NCBI GenBank assembly: GCA_951406725.2
Contig: OX597835.1
Span: 9,176,001 to 9,240,000, forward strand
Origin: Octopus vulgaris
Lineage: Eukaryota
Reading direction: 5' to 3'
Length of the DNA stretch: 64,000 nucleotides
The notes below the pieces were generated by a model that did not search any database, was not told the DNA's origin, and saw only the letters and a program-made list of their open reading frames with translations. Below, in pieces: positions 39,639 through 52,412 of the stretch; positions within the stretch are counted from its first letter, which is position 1, and each line of letters opens with the position of its first letter. The position numbers were made by a program, and so were the translations under genes.

Positions 39639-39862
39639 TGAGAGAGAGAGGGATACATACATACATACATACATATATGCCTCTGAGGAAAGTCGTAACA
39701 CTGGAAAGATTATTGGCGTCTTAGTATTTATACACAACATAAACAAAAATATTTCAATATTAGGTTTCCCTTTTACAATGTATTTATATCCTGCTTCTAT
39801 GAATGGAGTTGTAGCCTTTGGATTTAGAGAACATACACAAACACACACAAGTACATATATGC

Positions 39863-39897
<35 letters not shown>

Positions 39898-39967
39898 TAT
39901 ATATATGTATATATGTACATGTTTATACATGTATGTATCTATAAGTATTTATATATATATATGCATA

Positions 39968-40025
<58 letters not shown>

Positions 40026-40043
40026 ATACATATATTAATTTAT

Positions 40044-40097
<54 letters not shown>

Positions 40098-40635
40098 TAC
40101 ATAGATGTTTGAAAAATTACATGTACAGGTAAAAATATACGTACATAAACATTTACGTGTATAGTAAATATTTTTGCATGCTCAAGTTAATGTATAGTCT
40201 TGCTCTGTTATATTATATTTATATTCAATTTTTGGCCTTTTTTTTTTTTGTAGATATTTTTAATCAAATCATTATTAAACGAAACCTCAGCAACTGAGTC
40301 TAAATGCACTCGACTATATTCTTACTTTCATTCCCCCGTAAGTGCCTCTTGCGATCCACGTCTTTTACAAAGGAGCAGCAAATGAAGAGGGAGCGGCTCT
40401 TATGTATTATCATGCTCATAGAGAGAGCAAACAAATCCCAACCAAATACCTTCGTTGTTTCTCAGTGAAGAGTAGGGCCTATTAGCGAATGAAGTTTGGG
40501 ATATTCTATGCTTGAAGAAAGAGGTTCCGATATGCGGTACTTGAATCACTTCGGTCATATTTGAATTTTAACAGTAAAGAACCAAACATTAGATACATAA
40601 TTTCTTGACAAATTAAATTAATAGCCATATTTCTC

Positions 40636-41170
40636 TGACGTCATTCTCACATATGGGCAGCCAAAGACAGGACTATCAGCTGATTGGTGGATTTTTAGTC
40701 CAATCTTGACTATAATAAATGATTATTATAATCAATAATCATTTATTGATTATACGCAATAAATGATTAGATATATTTATCTGTACACTGAGAGGATTAT
40801 ATATACATCTATCATACGCTATTTGGATTAACGTCTCTTCTCTTAACACACAATAAGTTCGAAAAAAAATACTAAATATGGTTTGAAAGTAAGTCAATCC
40901 TACGTGGCCAATGGAATTTTGTGTTTCAACCAAGATACTTCCAGTTGCTGTTAGGCTGATGCATATTTTTCAACCCAATCAATCACACGTCCTATATTGG
41001 TACTAATACTCCTGTCCATAAGGAGCACATGACCTGAAATGTGAGGGGAAGGCGTTATTTGTTTGCGTTGATTGGTTGATTGGTTGATTGGTGTTCAATT
41101 GGTATTTGTTTCATTGATCACGAAAGAATGTAAGTCAAAGTCGACCTCGGTGGGATGTTTGGTACCAATA
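40636..41170. promoter_or_regulatory. possible promoter/enhancer motif cluster
   Basis: CRE TGACGTCA at 40636-40643, CArG box CCTATATTGG at 40991-41000, about ten CCAAT/ATTGG pentamers; no linked gene seen. Confidence 0.25.
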
Positions 41171-42529
41171 TTAACACGAGCTTGTAAACTTTATGCTATA
41201 ATTCTTGTTCTGAAACTAGCCCTGTTGCCTATCGCTGTGCCATTTACATACAGACGTCAATACATATCGCCTTGGAAAGCCTCTTAACACTAATATATGT
41301 ATTGTGTGTGTGTGTGTGTGTGTGTGCCTACCAACCTGTATGTGAATGTGCTTGTGAGTGTATGGAGAGATGGATGGATGGGTGGATGATAAATTTTTCC
41401 CATACCAATGTACAGTTTGTAAAAATGAAGGCCAAAAAGTGACATTGTATCTATAGGACAAATGATAGCAGGGGACATAATCAAGCAACAACGGCCGATT
41501 AGAAACACTTTCTCTCTGCTACTTCCTCGGCTTACAGAACAACTGATACCATTCAACAATATTACAAGCATGGAACCCCCTGAATGTTCAATTATTTCTA
41601 ATTACTAATGAAAGCCTTAATGAGGTGGTTGATTTGTAGCTGTCACAGCCTACAGAAACAGACATTTCTATAACAGCGAGGTAATGTCGTAAAGACACTG
41701 AGATTTTTGGCGGCTCTTACATTTTCATTTCATTGGAAATTACAACCGTGAATAGAACATTTGTGTCAAGCACATCTTGTTAATTGTCGCCGTATCATGT
41801 ATCCTGTCAGAGACCAGCTTAGTGTGGGATTGTTTGTTTTCTATTATGGTTTGTATTAATTATTCAGATATGCGTGTTGTAAAGGAGTGATTGCCTTTTC
41901 TGCAAGCTGTCACGCTGTCATGCTGTTAACAATCCTATGTTGGAATCTCTTCCCGGAGTTCTCATAAAAACAATTCACACGATATAATCCTATCTTTCCT
42001 GAGAAGATACAATACTCTGCGAGAATATATTTGTTTTGTTTTCGCGTTGTATCGTTTTCTTTTAGTGAGATAGTTAAACGTAGTCACCATGTTGGCTGAG
42101 TTGCTAAAATGTGGAAATTGAACACTTTGAGATTTTTTCATTGCAGCTCCTGAACTCAGAGCTTAAATATCGCTGAAGTCGACTTCGTCTTTCTTCATTT
42201 CAAACTCTATAAATAACGTAGCCCTTTCAGACTGAAATCGATTCTCTTCTGTTTCTCTGTGAATAATTTCTCTAAGAAATCATCTCCAGTTATACTTTGT
42301 AAGGGACGGGCTCCACGAAGTCTAAAAATACCTGACCTATAATATATTCCACGATGGCATCCATAATTATTCTTTCAACAGGTGAGGGCCCAAGGCAACG
42401 CAAGACAAAAATATAACATGAATAAATTATATGTTGCGAGAACAATTACTGATTCAGTCTTCACAGGAAACTCTGTGAATTCCTATTTCCCAAAAGTGAG
42501 ACCGGAATTTAAAATTCCGTAGTCAAATG

Positions 42530-42700
42530 TAGGCGCAAGTATGGCTGGGTGTTTAAAAAGGTCGCTTTGCATACAGAGAGTTTCAGATTCGGTCCTATTG
42601 TGTGGCATCTTGGCGCTGTAACCCCTGGACGGCTAATGCCTTTTCAGAAAATGTGCTAGACGGAAGAACATCGCATCTGATTATGAGATCGCCTGTATAT
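42530..42700 (+). mobile_element. SINE family B, old diverged 5' half
   Basis: taggcgcaagtatggctgggtg...gtggcatcttgg...tagacggaag aligns loosely to the family B head. Confidence 0.6.
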
Positions 42701-42752
42701 ATAAACATATATATCTATACTCACACACATAGATACACACATGTATACGTAC

Positions 42753-42844
<92 letters not shown>

Positions 42845-42876
42845 GTAGGTAGATAGATTAAGACACACGTACACGC

Positions 42877-42910
<34 letters not shown>

Positions 42911-43390
42911 ATATATATATGTATGTGTATATATATGTGTGTATATATATAATTATATATACACACACATATATATGTATATGAATACATATTATACACT
43001 AATAATCTATGCATTAACCCATTAATGCTCTATGCGTCCTTCAAAAAGAAAATGATTACCTAAGTTCCATGAGCTTTTTTTAAAGGTAATTATATTATGT
43101 AAATTTAAGTAATAAGGGTGTATAAATACGTAAGTAAAAATATAAATTAAAATGGGTAAAGTTATAGGAATATATATATATATATATATTTCTGAATGCC
43201 TGCGTTCAAATAAACGTCTTCGGGCAAGTTGGAAGGCATCTCCGAACATGTGAGCTTACGCACAAGTGAGTTTTGGTACACTCAGGTTCACAAAGCGAGT
43301 TATCTATCTATCTTTATTTATTTCTATCTATCTATATAACTGTCTCTCTATCTTTCTATACATTTATCTATCTATCTATCTAACTGTCTC

Positions 43391-43453
<63 letters not shown>

Positions 43454-43492
43454 ATCTATCTTTCTTTCTATCTATTTATCTATCTATCTATA

Positions 43493-43529
<37 letters not shown>

Positions 43530-43564
43530 GTATCTATATCTATATATATCTCTCTATATATATG

Positions 43565-43720
43565 CATTCTTTATTTTCTCTCCTTGTTTCTTTCCGTGTT
43601 CCTTTCTGTGGAAGAGCGTAGACTCGAAACGTCAAAGACTTTTTCCCTTCCCAAGCGTTACACTAATACATCTCTTTGTTGTCTACACCACCTTTCTTCA
43701 TCGTTTTTTTGTGAATTCTC

Positions 43721-43723
<3 letters not shown>
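43565..43723 (+). mobile_element. short repeat family E, copy 2
   Basis: cttt-CTGTGGA-A-GAG cgtaga CTC-GAAA-CG-TC-aaag at 43602-43637; lies between microsatellites. Confidence 0.7.
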
Positions 43724-43772
<49 letters not shown>

Positions 43773-43778
43773 GCTCAG

Positions 43779-43836
<58 letters not shown>

Positions 43837-45892
43837 TTCAATATTGTATTTCCAAAATTCGTTTCCATTACACAAACGTATAAATCCCCAATCATTTCAC
43901 TTCTGTATTCCACAAACTTGGCCTTGAAATCCGTGCAATACATTAATGTCAATATTACTGATATCAGAGTTTATGTGGAAATATCGGTGATGTATTCTCA
44001 TACTTTTGTTCAAGGAGATAATGCCAGTTTACTTCATATTCAATCATTCTCATTTCAAAATTACTTTTACAAGCGACTAACTTACTTACATTATTGTGAG
44101 GCAAAATGGCAGCGCAATGAAATCCAATTCATACATCTCCTGTTGTTCAATAATATGCGTATGACAGGATGGCTAAATGGACTTTATTACAACGTGTATG
44201 AACCAGTTCGGAATAGAAACGGGAAGTCGGTATTGTTATCTAATGAAATATTCATTAAAGTATTCTTGCTACTTAAAACAGATAGCTGCGTTTCCTGCAC
44301 GAGAACCGTCATATTTACACCGTCGTAGACAGAATCAGTAGAAGATAATTATGTTGGCACTATGGAGAACATTGTTGATATGTTGTTGATATGGATGGGA
44401 ATATTGAACTGTTGACCATTACTTCATCCCGGATTCTATCAAACGTTTTTTCTATTTAATGCCACCGGCTTAAGGTTGTCGGAGATCACCGTATTTACTC
44501 TTTGGGTTTTGTTGTATGAACCGGACAAACAACATTTAGTAAAGAAAAATGGATTCTAGTTATGTCCATACATGTGCAGAGATCTCACTCGGATTGTATT
44601 CCCGTTTCTCCCGGATCTACGATATATAAATACATCTCATTTTATGTTTATATTTACCTTTATACCATATATTAGATATCATTAATCCCCCAAGGCTTCC
44701 TATATTCGAAATGCATCTCCTGTTATAGATTGCTTTGCACATTAATAAAGTTTATAAAATATACATGGTTATACATAGAAATATCAAAATTGTTTAAACA
44801 ATTTAAACCTGCTTTTGGGAATTTCCCTTTACTTAACACGACGAATTAAAAACAAAACATTTGTGTACGTTTATATGTGAATGAAAAGACCAGAGAAAGA
44901 AATAAAGAATAAAGAACGAAAGCAGGATGTTGAATTAGAGCTATATATGTATGTGTGTATGAGTATGAACACATGATATGTAGAAGGATATAGCAAGTAA
45001 AGCGTGAGGATCAGGGCTGACACTCACACATATGCAGCCATACACTTGTATAAACACATGTGCTTGTAGGTTTTGTGAAATATTCAGATTAGAGATTCTA
45101 TCCTATTCTCGCCCCATGGATTTGTCAAGTAAGAGAGAGTGGGGAAGAAAAGGGGGGAAGAAATCGGCGGGAGAGAATGATTCTCATTGAATTACAAATT
45201 TATTGAAATATCAATATCGTTTAATTATTATTCTTCCGCAAACGATATTGTTACGTAAATATGATTCGAATTAATGTCATTTGGTATTATCTTCTTAGGT
45301 ATTTCACAACAAAATAATATCAGAATTAATATTTAATCTTAGGTTTCAAATCAAAATTAAGTAGAATTACGATTGTCTTTCATTCCTAGATGAATATTCC
45401 ATTCAGGCATGTAATTGTCATCCATATATTCCAGGCAGGAAATTAATGCACAAATTATCGAAGTAAACAATACCAGTTATCTATCCCCATCTCATAATCT
45501 ATTTTAGTCTAAGTAACGTAATATCAGGATACATCATTATGGCGAAGATAAGGCTGTTTAACAGCTAACCACTTAGCGTTAAGATAAGAATAATTTCCGA
45601 CTTATACAATAAGACGGTTCGATATTGTGAAAGATTGCAGCACAAGTCTGATGTGGTGTCCCTTGGCGTGATGTAAAATATAAAGCCATCGACAGATCTA
45701 CAGGGATATCGGAGCTTAATTGCATGTAACAATTTGAGATATCATATAAAGGTGGATAGATATAGATACGTTCTCCCATTCGTAATCGAAACACCGAGAT
45801 GAATGATCAACATTTCCTTGACTGTGACAAGTAAAACTGATGGCTATAATTATATGCCCTTACATAAACATATAGACACATACATATGTGCA

Positions 45893-45942
<50 letters not shown>

Positions 45943-45945
<3 letters not shown>

Positions 45946-46199
45946 AATATTAGGGAATAAATCCAAAATTACAGGGAAAAAATCAGGTTTAGGATTAAAT
46001 CCAATTTTATAGTAAAATATTATATAATATTAATTCGAGACAAATAAAACTGAATAGAAGATCGGAAATCCACCTGAAGAATGTCATTTGAAAACATGAA
46101 ACGATTGTAGTGGCGATTTATTTACTTTATATTACAATTTTTTATGTATTGATTAAGTCTTTCCTTGTTTAATTTGCAAAATAGTGGTTTTGTCTCGAA

Positions 46200-46206
<7 letters not shown>
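45943..46206 (+). mobile_element. PLE-like terminal module in (TA)n with an inverted segment
   Basis: Flanked by TA runs; 18-bp perfect inverted repeat at 46027-46044 and 46189-46206; contains a hammerhead motif. Confidence 0.65.
46070..46113 (+). ncRNA. minimal type I hammerhead ribozyme motif
   Basis: ccac-CTGAAGA-atgt catttgaaa acat-GAAA-c gatt g-TA-gtgg: canonical core, helices I-III pair, GUA triplet at 46107-46109. Confidence 0.75.
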
Positions 46207-46251
<45 letters not shown>

Positions 46252-46255
<4 letters not shown>

Positions 46256-46456
46256 GGTCCCGGATTGATTCGGGGTTAACCACAGTAAATAAGGTACTCA
46301 ATACATAGCAGAGTAAAATTAATTTATTATATAGAAGGAGTTTACAGGACTAGAACTGTTTCATTCAAGAGAAATCTTCAGGAAGCTCCTGAAGAGCTTC
46401 CTGAAGATTTCTCTTGAATGAAACAGTTCTAGTCCTGTAGAAGCTCCTTCTATATA

Positions 46457-46461
<5 letters not shown>
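46252..46461. mobile_element. palindromic PLE-like module in (TA)n
   Basis: Arms 46322-46388 and 46394-46461 are near-perfect reverse complements with a 5-nt spacer; TA runs on both sides. Confidence 0.8.
46394..46446 (+). ncRNA. type I hammerhead ribozyme motif
   Basis: gagcttc-CTGAAGA-t ttc tctt gaa t-GAAA-cag ttctagtc ctg-TA-gaagctc: 7-bp helix I, 4-bp helix III, GUA at 46437-46439. Confidence 0.78.
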
Positions 46462-46493
<32 letters not shown>

Positions 46494-46595
46494 TATATAC
46501 AAGAGTTACGGAATGGTATGTATATGGATGAGTGTGTGCATATATACGTATATACATACATATCTATATTTATCTCTGTCTCTCTCTCACTCTCT

Positions 46596-46647
<52 letters not shown>

Positions 46648-47012
46648 TATGCGCAGTAGAATCAGCATTAGATCAATACGCACATATATATAAAACACTT
46701 AACGTAAACACGTAGAGAAAGGCAGATCTAATGCGATATTCGTCCGGCGATATTGTTGGTGATGAAACTATTGTGTTTAAGAACACAAAATGCATAAGAC
46801 AAGAGCGAAAATCATCCATACAGTGGTACGAGAGAACGGTACGTGCATTTCTACGTGGGTGGCCATTTTCAATAGCGTGTCGTCACAGACAGCACGCTTA
46901 CCGATGCACACGGTGGCAGAGAATAAACTATCAGTGGTTTTCCGAATAAAACCCGCCTGAAAAGAAACTAAACTGTTATATACTCCACAAAAAGTATTAG
47001 ATTAGGTAAACC

Positions 47013-47070
<58 letters not shown>

Positions 47071-47074
<4 letters not shown>

Positions 47075-47128
47075 ATTCTTTGAGGGAATATTATTCCCAA
47101 CTTACGGTTTTTTCTAATGTATATATAT

Positions 47129-47162
<34 letters not shown>

Positions 47163-47215
47163 ATAATAATTCTTTGAGGGAATATTATTCCCAACTTACG
47201 GTTTTTTTCTAATGT
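47071..47215. repeat. two copies of a ~50-bp unit embedded in (TA)n
   Basis: aataattctttgagggaatattattcccaacttacgg at ~47071 and ~47166; contains the hairpin gggaat-att-attccc. Confidence 0.85.
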
Positions 47216-47228
47216 ATATATATATATA

Positions 47229-47278
<50 letters not shown>

Positions 47279-47879
47279 CATACATATAGATATATATATA
47301 TATACACGATGTGCAATATAAATTATGGTGATAGGGATATTTATTGCGTTATACATTCGGACGGTATTCGTCTCTCTCCTTTTATTGATTTAGAAACAGC
47401 ACGTCCATATTAGTTATTATCTCCGGGCGAATACTGGAGTAGTTTGCCTCTCATTATGCATTTATATTAAATATAATACTGCATAAATGGATACACACAC
47501 ACACACACACACAGAAACTCAATATTGCAGATAATCCATTGGTACATAGTGTCTGTTTTAGTGTGTTCTTTTACTGCGACACCTTTAAACATTCCATCAA
47601 CCAAGATATAGGATAATTGTTATTACCATACGAATTCCTCGCTCGCTTGTCAGTCGCATCGATGCCTCATCTATCTGAATTGATGTTATCGGCAATGGTA
47701 ATCTCCTCTACATTTTTCTTTCTCTATCACCTGACAAATGCATGAATTACGATATCCTTTACACATTAGATGATAATATGATAATATAGAAGCACTATGT
47801 AACTGAAAATTTGAATGTTCATTGTGAGAATATTATTTAGTGTGTCTCTCATAATACAAGCACATAGCATACTCGGGTG

Positions 47880-48140
47880 ATGGAGGAGCGTGACTTACTG
47901 GCTTGAACGTTGCAGTCATCATCGCAAGATTGTAGTTTCGATTCCTGCACTAGGTGATGCGTTCTGTTTTCTAAGAAAAAAAATACACATTCATTACACT
48001 TTGTTCCAATCAATCCCGCTTGCAAAAACGATTAATCCTACGTTGGTTCCGTGTCCCACCCAAAGTTCAAGGGTGGGGTGGAAATGTATGCACCGCAGAA
48101 TTCCGGAAACCGGCCTTATCGGCCTATGGCACGGGAGCTT
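47880..48140 (+). mobile_element. old tRNA-derived SINE (family A/D-related)
   Basis: tggaggagcgtg head, B box gtttcgattcc, tail ccggaaaccggcc similar to 17552-17566. Confidence 0.6.
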
Positions 48141-49029
48141 CGATATTTTTCTTTTTTTGGTAGGGATACAGAATGGAACCCGTGAAACATTTTCTCGGCG
48201 TGAATCCGTATGAAGAAATTTGGCTTCTTTTAAAAGCCTAGAGGTAATTTCTCTGTCTATCGTATTTCATTTGTAGTAAGCTCAAAGAAATCCTAACATA
48301 TTTTATAATACATTTAGGTAGAAGTCTGCAGATAGAATATTCTTTTTTACGTTCCTAAGAATTTGATTCTCCTTATTAAAGGTAACGCAACGTCATGTCG
48401 TGAAGGTAAAGCTGTATAATGTTTTCGAATATGTATAAGAATGTATGAATCAAGAAGTCAGTTGTTCCTTGTGAAAATCTAATATTTTTTACAAGTAAAA
48501 GCTTTTAGTAAAACAATGCTTACAATACGTCCACACTTCTTTATTGATAGGATTGGCGTAGCTGTCGTTTTCTATTGGTCTTGAAATAAAGAAAGAATGG
48601 TGCAAAAACAAACTTAAGAACTTCATTAGTGAACACTAGGTTCGAATGTAACCTATAAAATGTTAATCTGCGAATGAGTACCTATACGTGGGTGAAGTAG
48701 AGGTGTGAGTGTTGGCGTAACGAATTTAGATTTATTGACGTAAGAGTTTATTGTCATCCAGATTATTATATTAAAGGCTGTTACTAGAAATTCTTTATAT
48801 GTAAAACAAAGAATTTATATATAAAACGAGTAAAACGGCGTTATCGGCCTATGCCACGGGAGCTTCGATATTTTTTTTTTTTTTTTTTTTTTTGATACAG
48901 AATTGAACCCGTGAAATATTTCCTCGGCGTGAATCCGTATGAAGAAATTTGGCTTCTTTTAAAAAGCCTACAGGTAATTACTCTGTCTATCGTATTTCAT
49001 TTGTAGTAAGCTCAAAGAAATCCTAACAT
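48116..49029. repeat. ~185-bp direct repeat pair
   Basis: 48116-48299 and 48841-49029 (ttatcggcctatg...aaagaaatcctaacat) are nearly identical apart from poly-T length. Confidence 0.9.
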
Positions 49030-49845
49030 GCAATTATTATCAGATCAAAAACATATCCAGTAGATAAAAATATTTTAGGTTGCATATTGTTGAACTAAAT
49101 GTCACCTTGTTGGGTAAAGTAAAAGATGTCTGACCAAAGATAGAGAAAGCAGAAGCGGAATGGGAGGGAGATATAAGGAATAAATCGATGGCAAAAGAGA
49201 ACTGACATAGATGCAATGCTTTTGTTTTAAAAACTTGATTTATGTAACGAGAGCAAATAAAGACATTCATATTAATTGCATCCTTTAACTTACTTCATAA
49301 TTTCATTTTAGGTGGAGTGAAACATAAATTAGATATTGAACACGGCAAGTTATTACAAAGACGGAAAAAATGATTTTTTTACCTTGACGAAAAAATCAAT
49401 AGTAAGACTCTTAAATATATCTCGCAATTTAGCATCGCACCTATATTTGTGCATGCAATAAGTGGTGTAACGTATGCTATTGTGGCAGGGTCGTCCACCG
49501 GTAGATTGCTCATTTGAGGGTTTGATGTATAATAGGTAAACTGACCATATTTTTTACTATGTGTAAAACGCTATTAAAATGTACGAAAAATATATTCTAT
49601 AAATAAACAACGAATGTAAATAGCTCTTAGACACTGGTCTAAAAACGCTAGGCAGTAGTTTACAGTTAATCTCTAAGAACTATAATAGTAAAACTAATAA
49701 GACTGAGTTCAACTTCGATGCAAAGGCAGGCTGTCTCTAAGATTATCATTATTGTCTCCTCCGAGTCCACACATACACATAAATACACACACACATACAT
49801 ACACACACGCACGCACACACACACACACACCTATGCATAGATCTC

Positions 49846-50017
49846 TAGCCACTAAAGCCATTTTATTTTCTCTCGCTGTTTATTTCTATGTTCCTTTCTG
49901 TCGAAGAACGTAGGTCCGAAACGTAAAAGTCTTTCTTATTTCCCGAGCATTAAAACAATACATCTGTTTGTTGTTTACACACCCATCTTCATATTTTGTT
50001 TCTTTTTAAATTCTCAT
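49846..50017 (+). mobile_element. short repeat family E, copy 3
   Basis: cttt-CTGTCGA-A-gaac gtag gtcc-GAAA-CG-TA-aaag at 49894-49929; flanks homologous to copies 1 and 2. Confidence 0.65.
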
Positions 50018-50454
50018 GTATATATGTGTGTTTGTGTGTGTATATATGTTTGTATGTGTGTATATACTAAATAAATATACATAGATAAAACAGTAGTATA
50101 AGTTTTTCTTATGATATCAATTACATAATCTTTACATGTGTTTCATTACGGAATCCTTGTATGCTGTAACTCAATCGTTATGTAACGAATGCACAACGAT
50201 ATTGATAGACAAGACCATCACAAGAAAAGAGTACTTTGATCCATTATTAAATACCAACTGTATTATGGCCACAGTGCTAAGTTAGGACGAATGCTATAAT
50301 AAAAACGTAAACTGATTTTTGTATTTTTTGTAAATTATATTAAGAAAATTAATTTGGGTGTTTGATAGATCATGTTTAATACTTTAGCGAAATTTAGATA
50401 TGAATAGATTTTGAGAAATTGAGAGGGTTGGTTTCAATCATTTAAATATAAATT

Positions 50455-50600
50455 CGGAGGCCGAACATAATGTTTAGCAGCATCTCGTCTGTCCTTGCAT
50501 TCTAAGTTCAAATTCCGCCAAGGTAGAGTTTTACCTTTCATTCTCCCAGGGTTGATGAAATAAGTACCAGTTGAGCACAGGGGTCAATGCAAACGACTAG
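50455..50600 (+). mobile_element. SINE family C, old diverged copy
   Basis: gttcaaattccgcc...cctttcat...aagtaccagttgagcac core. Confidence 0.7.
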
Positions 50601-50658
50601 CTACTCTTCAAGAATTTCAGATTTTGTTCATATAACAGAAAAGGGTTATTCAAATATA

Positions 50659-51111
50659 TAAGGTGTCCCTCAAGTCACTGATGGGTTTCAATTTTTAATA
50701 AGTTCACTGCATTGTTTCTCTTCTGGTACGAGAAATTTCCCCCTCATACTGGGACCATGTGTGAGGTCTACTTTGAATGGCCATCACGTTCCCCAGACTT
50801 GTGTAGCCCGGATTTTTCTCGTGAGCTTACCTGAAAGAGAGGGTTTACGTCAACAAACCAGAGATCTTTCTGCAACTGATGGAGGACATCAATAGAGAAA
50901 TCAGAGTGCACGGGCGTGCGAAGCCGAAAATGGCTGCCATTTAAGCGATATCATTTTTCATATCTGCTGTAGAGCTGTTGCAGAATTTGGCTCGTGTATA
51001 TTAATTTCCATTACGTCCTTTATATTGGATCAAACTTTCATGCATTTATTTCTAAATTTATGCAAGTTATTAAAAATTGAAAGCCGTCAGTGACTTTTGG
51101 GACAGAATGTA
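50659..51111 (+). mobile_element. internally deleted Tc1/mariner element with both TIRs
   Basis: ~40-bp imperfect TIRs (tgtccctcaagtcactgatgggtttcaatttttaataa / ttattaaaaattgaaagccgtcagtgacttttgggaca); internal WPSRSPDL and YLKERVYVNKP motifs. Confidence 0.85.
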
Positions 51112-51920
51112 TTATGCTTAAAGTATATGACTTTACGTGAAATCTTTTCGATCTGCGAGCAGTTGCCGGTATTTGTGTCTGATGTTACGTCTATCGAATT
51201 AGCAAAGATTATATATTGAATATGACTGCTAATATTAGAAGGGGAGAACATGAATATGCGAATCATTTAGTTCTATATGTAAGTGAAAATGATGCTTCAG
51301 TCTGTCCAGAGAAATGACGGCTAAAAATACTTAAACTATATTCCATACTTTGTGTGGTATGAGGCTGCAATAACATCGCTCTTGAATAATCATATGATTA
51401 GAAATTTTAGTTGTGCTTTCAGTTTTGTTCGTCATTGTTGATATTTTATCAACGATATAGTGACGTTTTTTGAAGAATGGATATTTAATAACGCCTATTA
51501 TTATTCCAACATCGTTCCTATTGATGATATCTTTTTACCCCTCTCCAAAATAACCATCCATTAGAATAAATTTTAATATTTCCATATAAAATAGAATACA
51601 ATTTGTCAAAATCTTCATGGAGCCATATTGGAAAGACGAAAGTGAAGGTCACTCTAGTTTCATTGTCAGATTAACGAGCGAACACATCCCGTCATTCTGC
51701 CATTCGACTCAAACGTATAATCAAAATATGCAAATGCATTCAAAAATAACCCAAAATCTTCATACAGAGATGACGTAAAAGAATGTTACCAAAAAAGCAA
51801 CATTTTGAAGTGCGTATAAAGTTGCGGCTGACAATAACAAAATATCAATTTCTCTTACATTACTTCCATTTTTATTCAGCTCTCACGTTAACCAATTTGA
51901 ATTAGAATCTACATATTGTA

Positions 51921-52412
51921 AGGCGGTGAGCTGGTAGAAACGTTAGCATGCCGGGCGAAATGCTTTGCGGTATTTCGTCTGCCGCTACGGTCTGAGTTCA
52001 AATTCCGCCGAGGTCGACTTTACCTTTCATCCTTACGGAATCGATTAAATAAGTACCTGTTGCTCACTGGAGTGGATATGATCAACTTAATCCGTTTGTC
52101 TGTCCTTGTTTGTCCTCTCTGTGTTTAGCTCCTAGTGGGTAGTAAAGAAATAGGTATTTCGTCTGCCGCTACATTTTGAATTCAAATTCCGCCGAGGTCG
52201 ACTTTGCCTTTCATCTTTTCGGGGTCGATTAAATAAGTGCCGGTTACGCACTGGAGTCGATATAATCGACTTAATCCGTTTGTCCTCTCTGTGTTTAGCT
52301 CCTTGTGGGTAGTAAAGAAATAGGTATTTCGCCTGTTTACGTTCTGGGTTCAAATTCCGCCGAGGTGGACTTTGCCTTTCATCCTTTCTGTTGGCAATAA
52401 AGGAAAATATAA
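51921..52412 (+). mobile_element. SINE family C tandem trimer (third unit partial)
   Basis: Units restart at aggtatttcg near 52152 and 52322. Confidence 0.9.

Noticed and set aside
39680-39718. gcct-CTGAGGA-aagt...actg-GAAA motif between microsatellites
   Set aside because: Possibly a decayed hammerhead, but helices I and III are too poor to call.
43711-44328. 205-aa ORF
   Set aside because: Starts in microsatellite; the remainder has no recognisable motif or splice structure.
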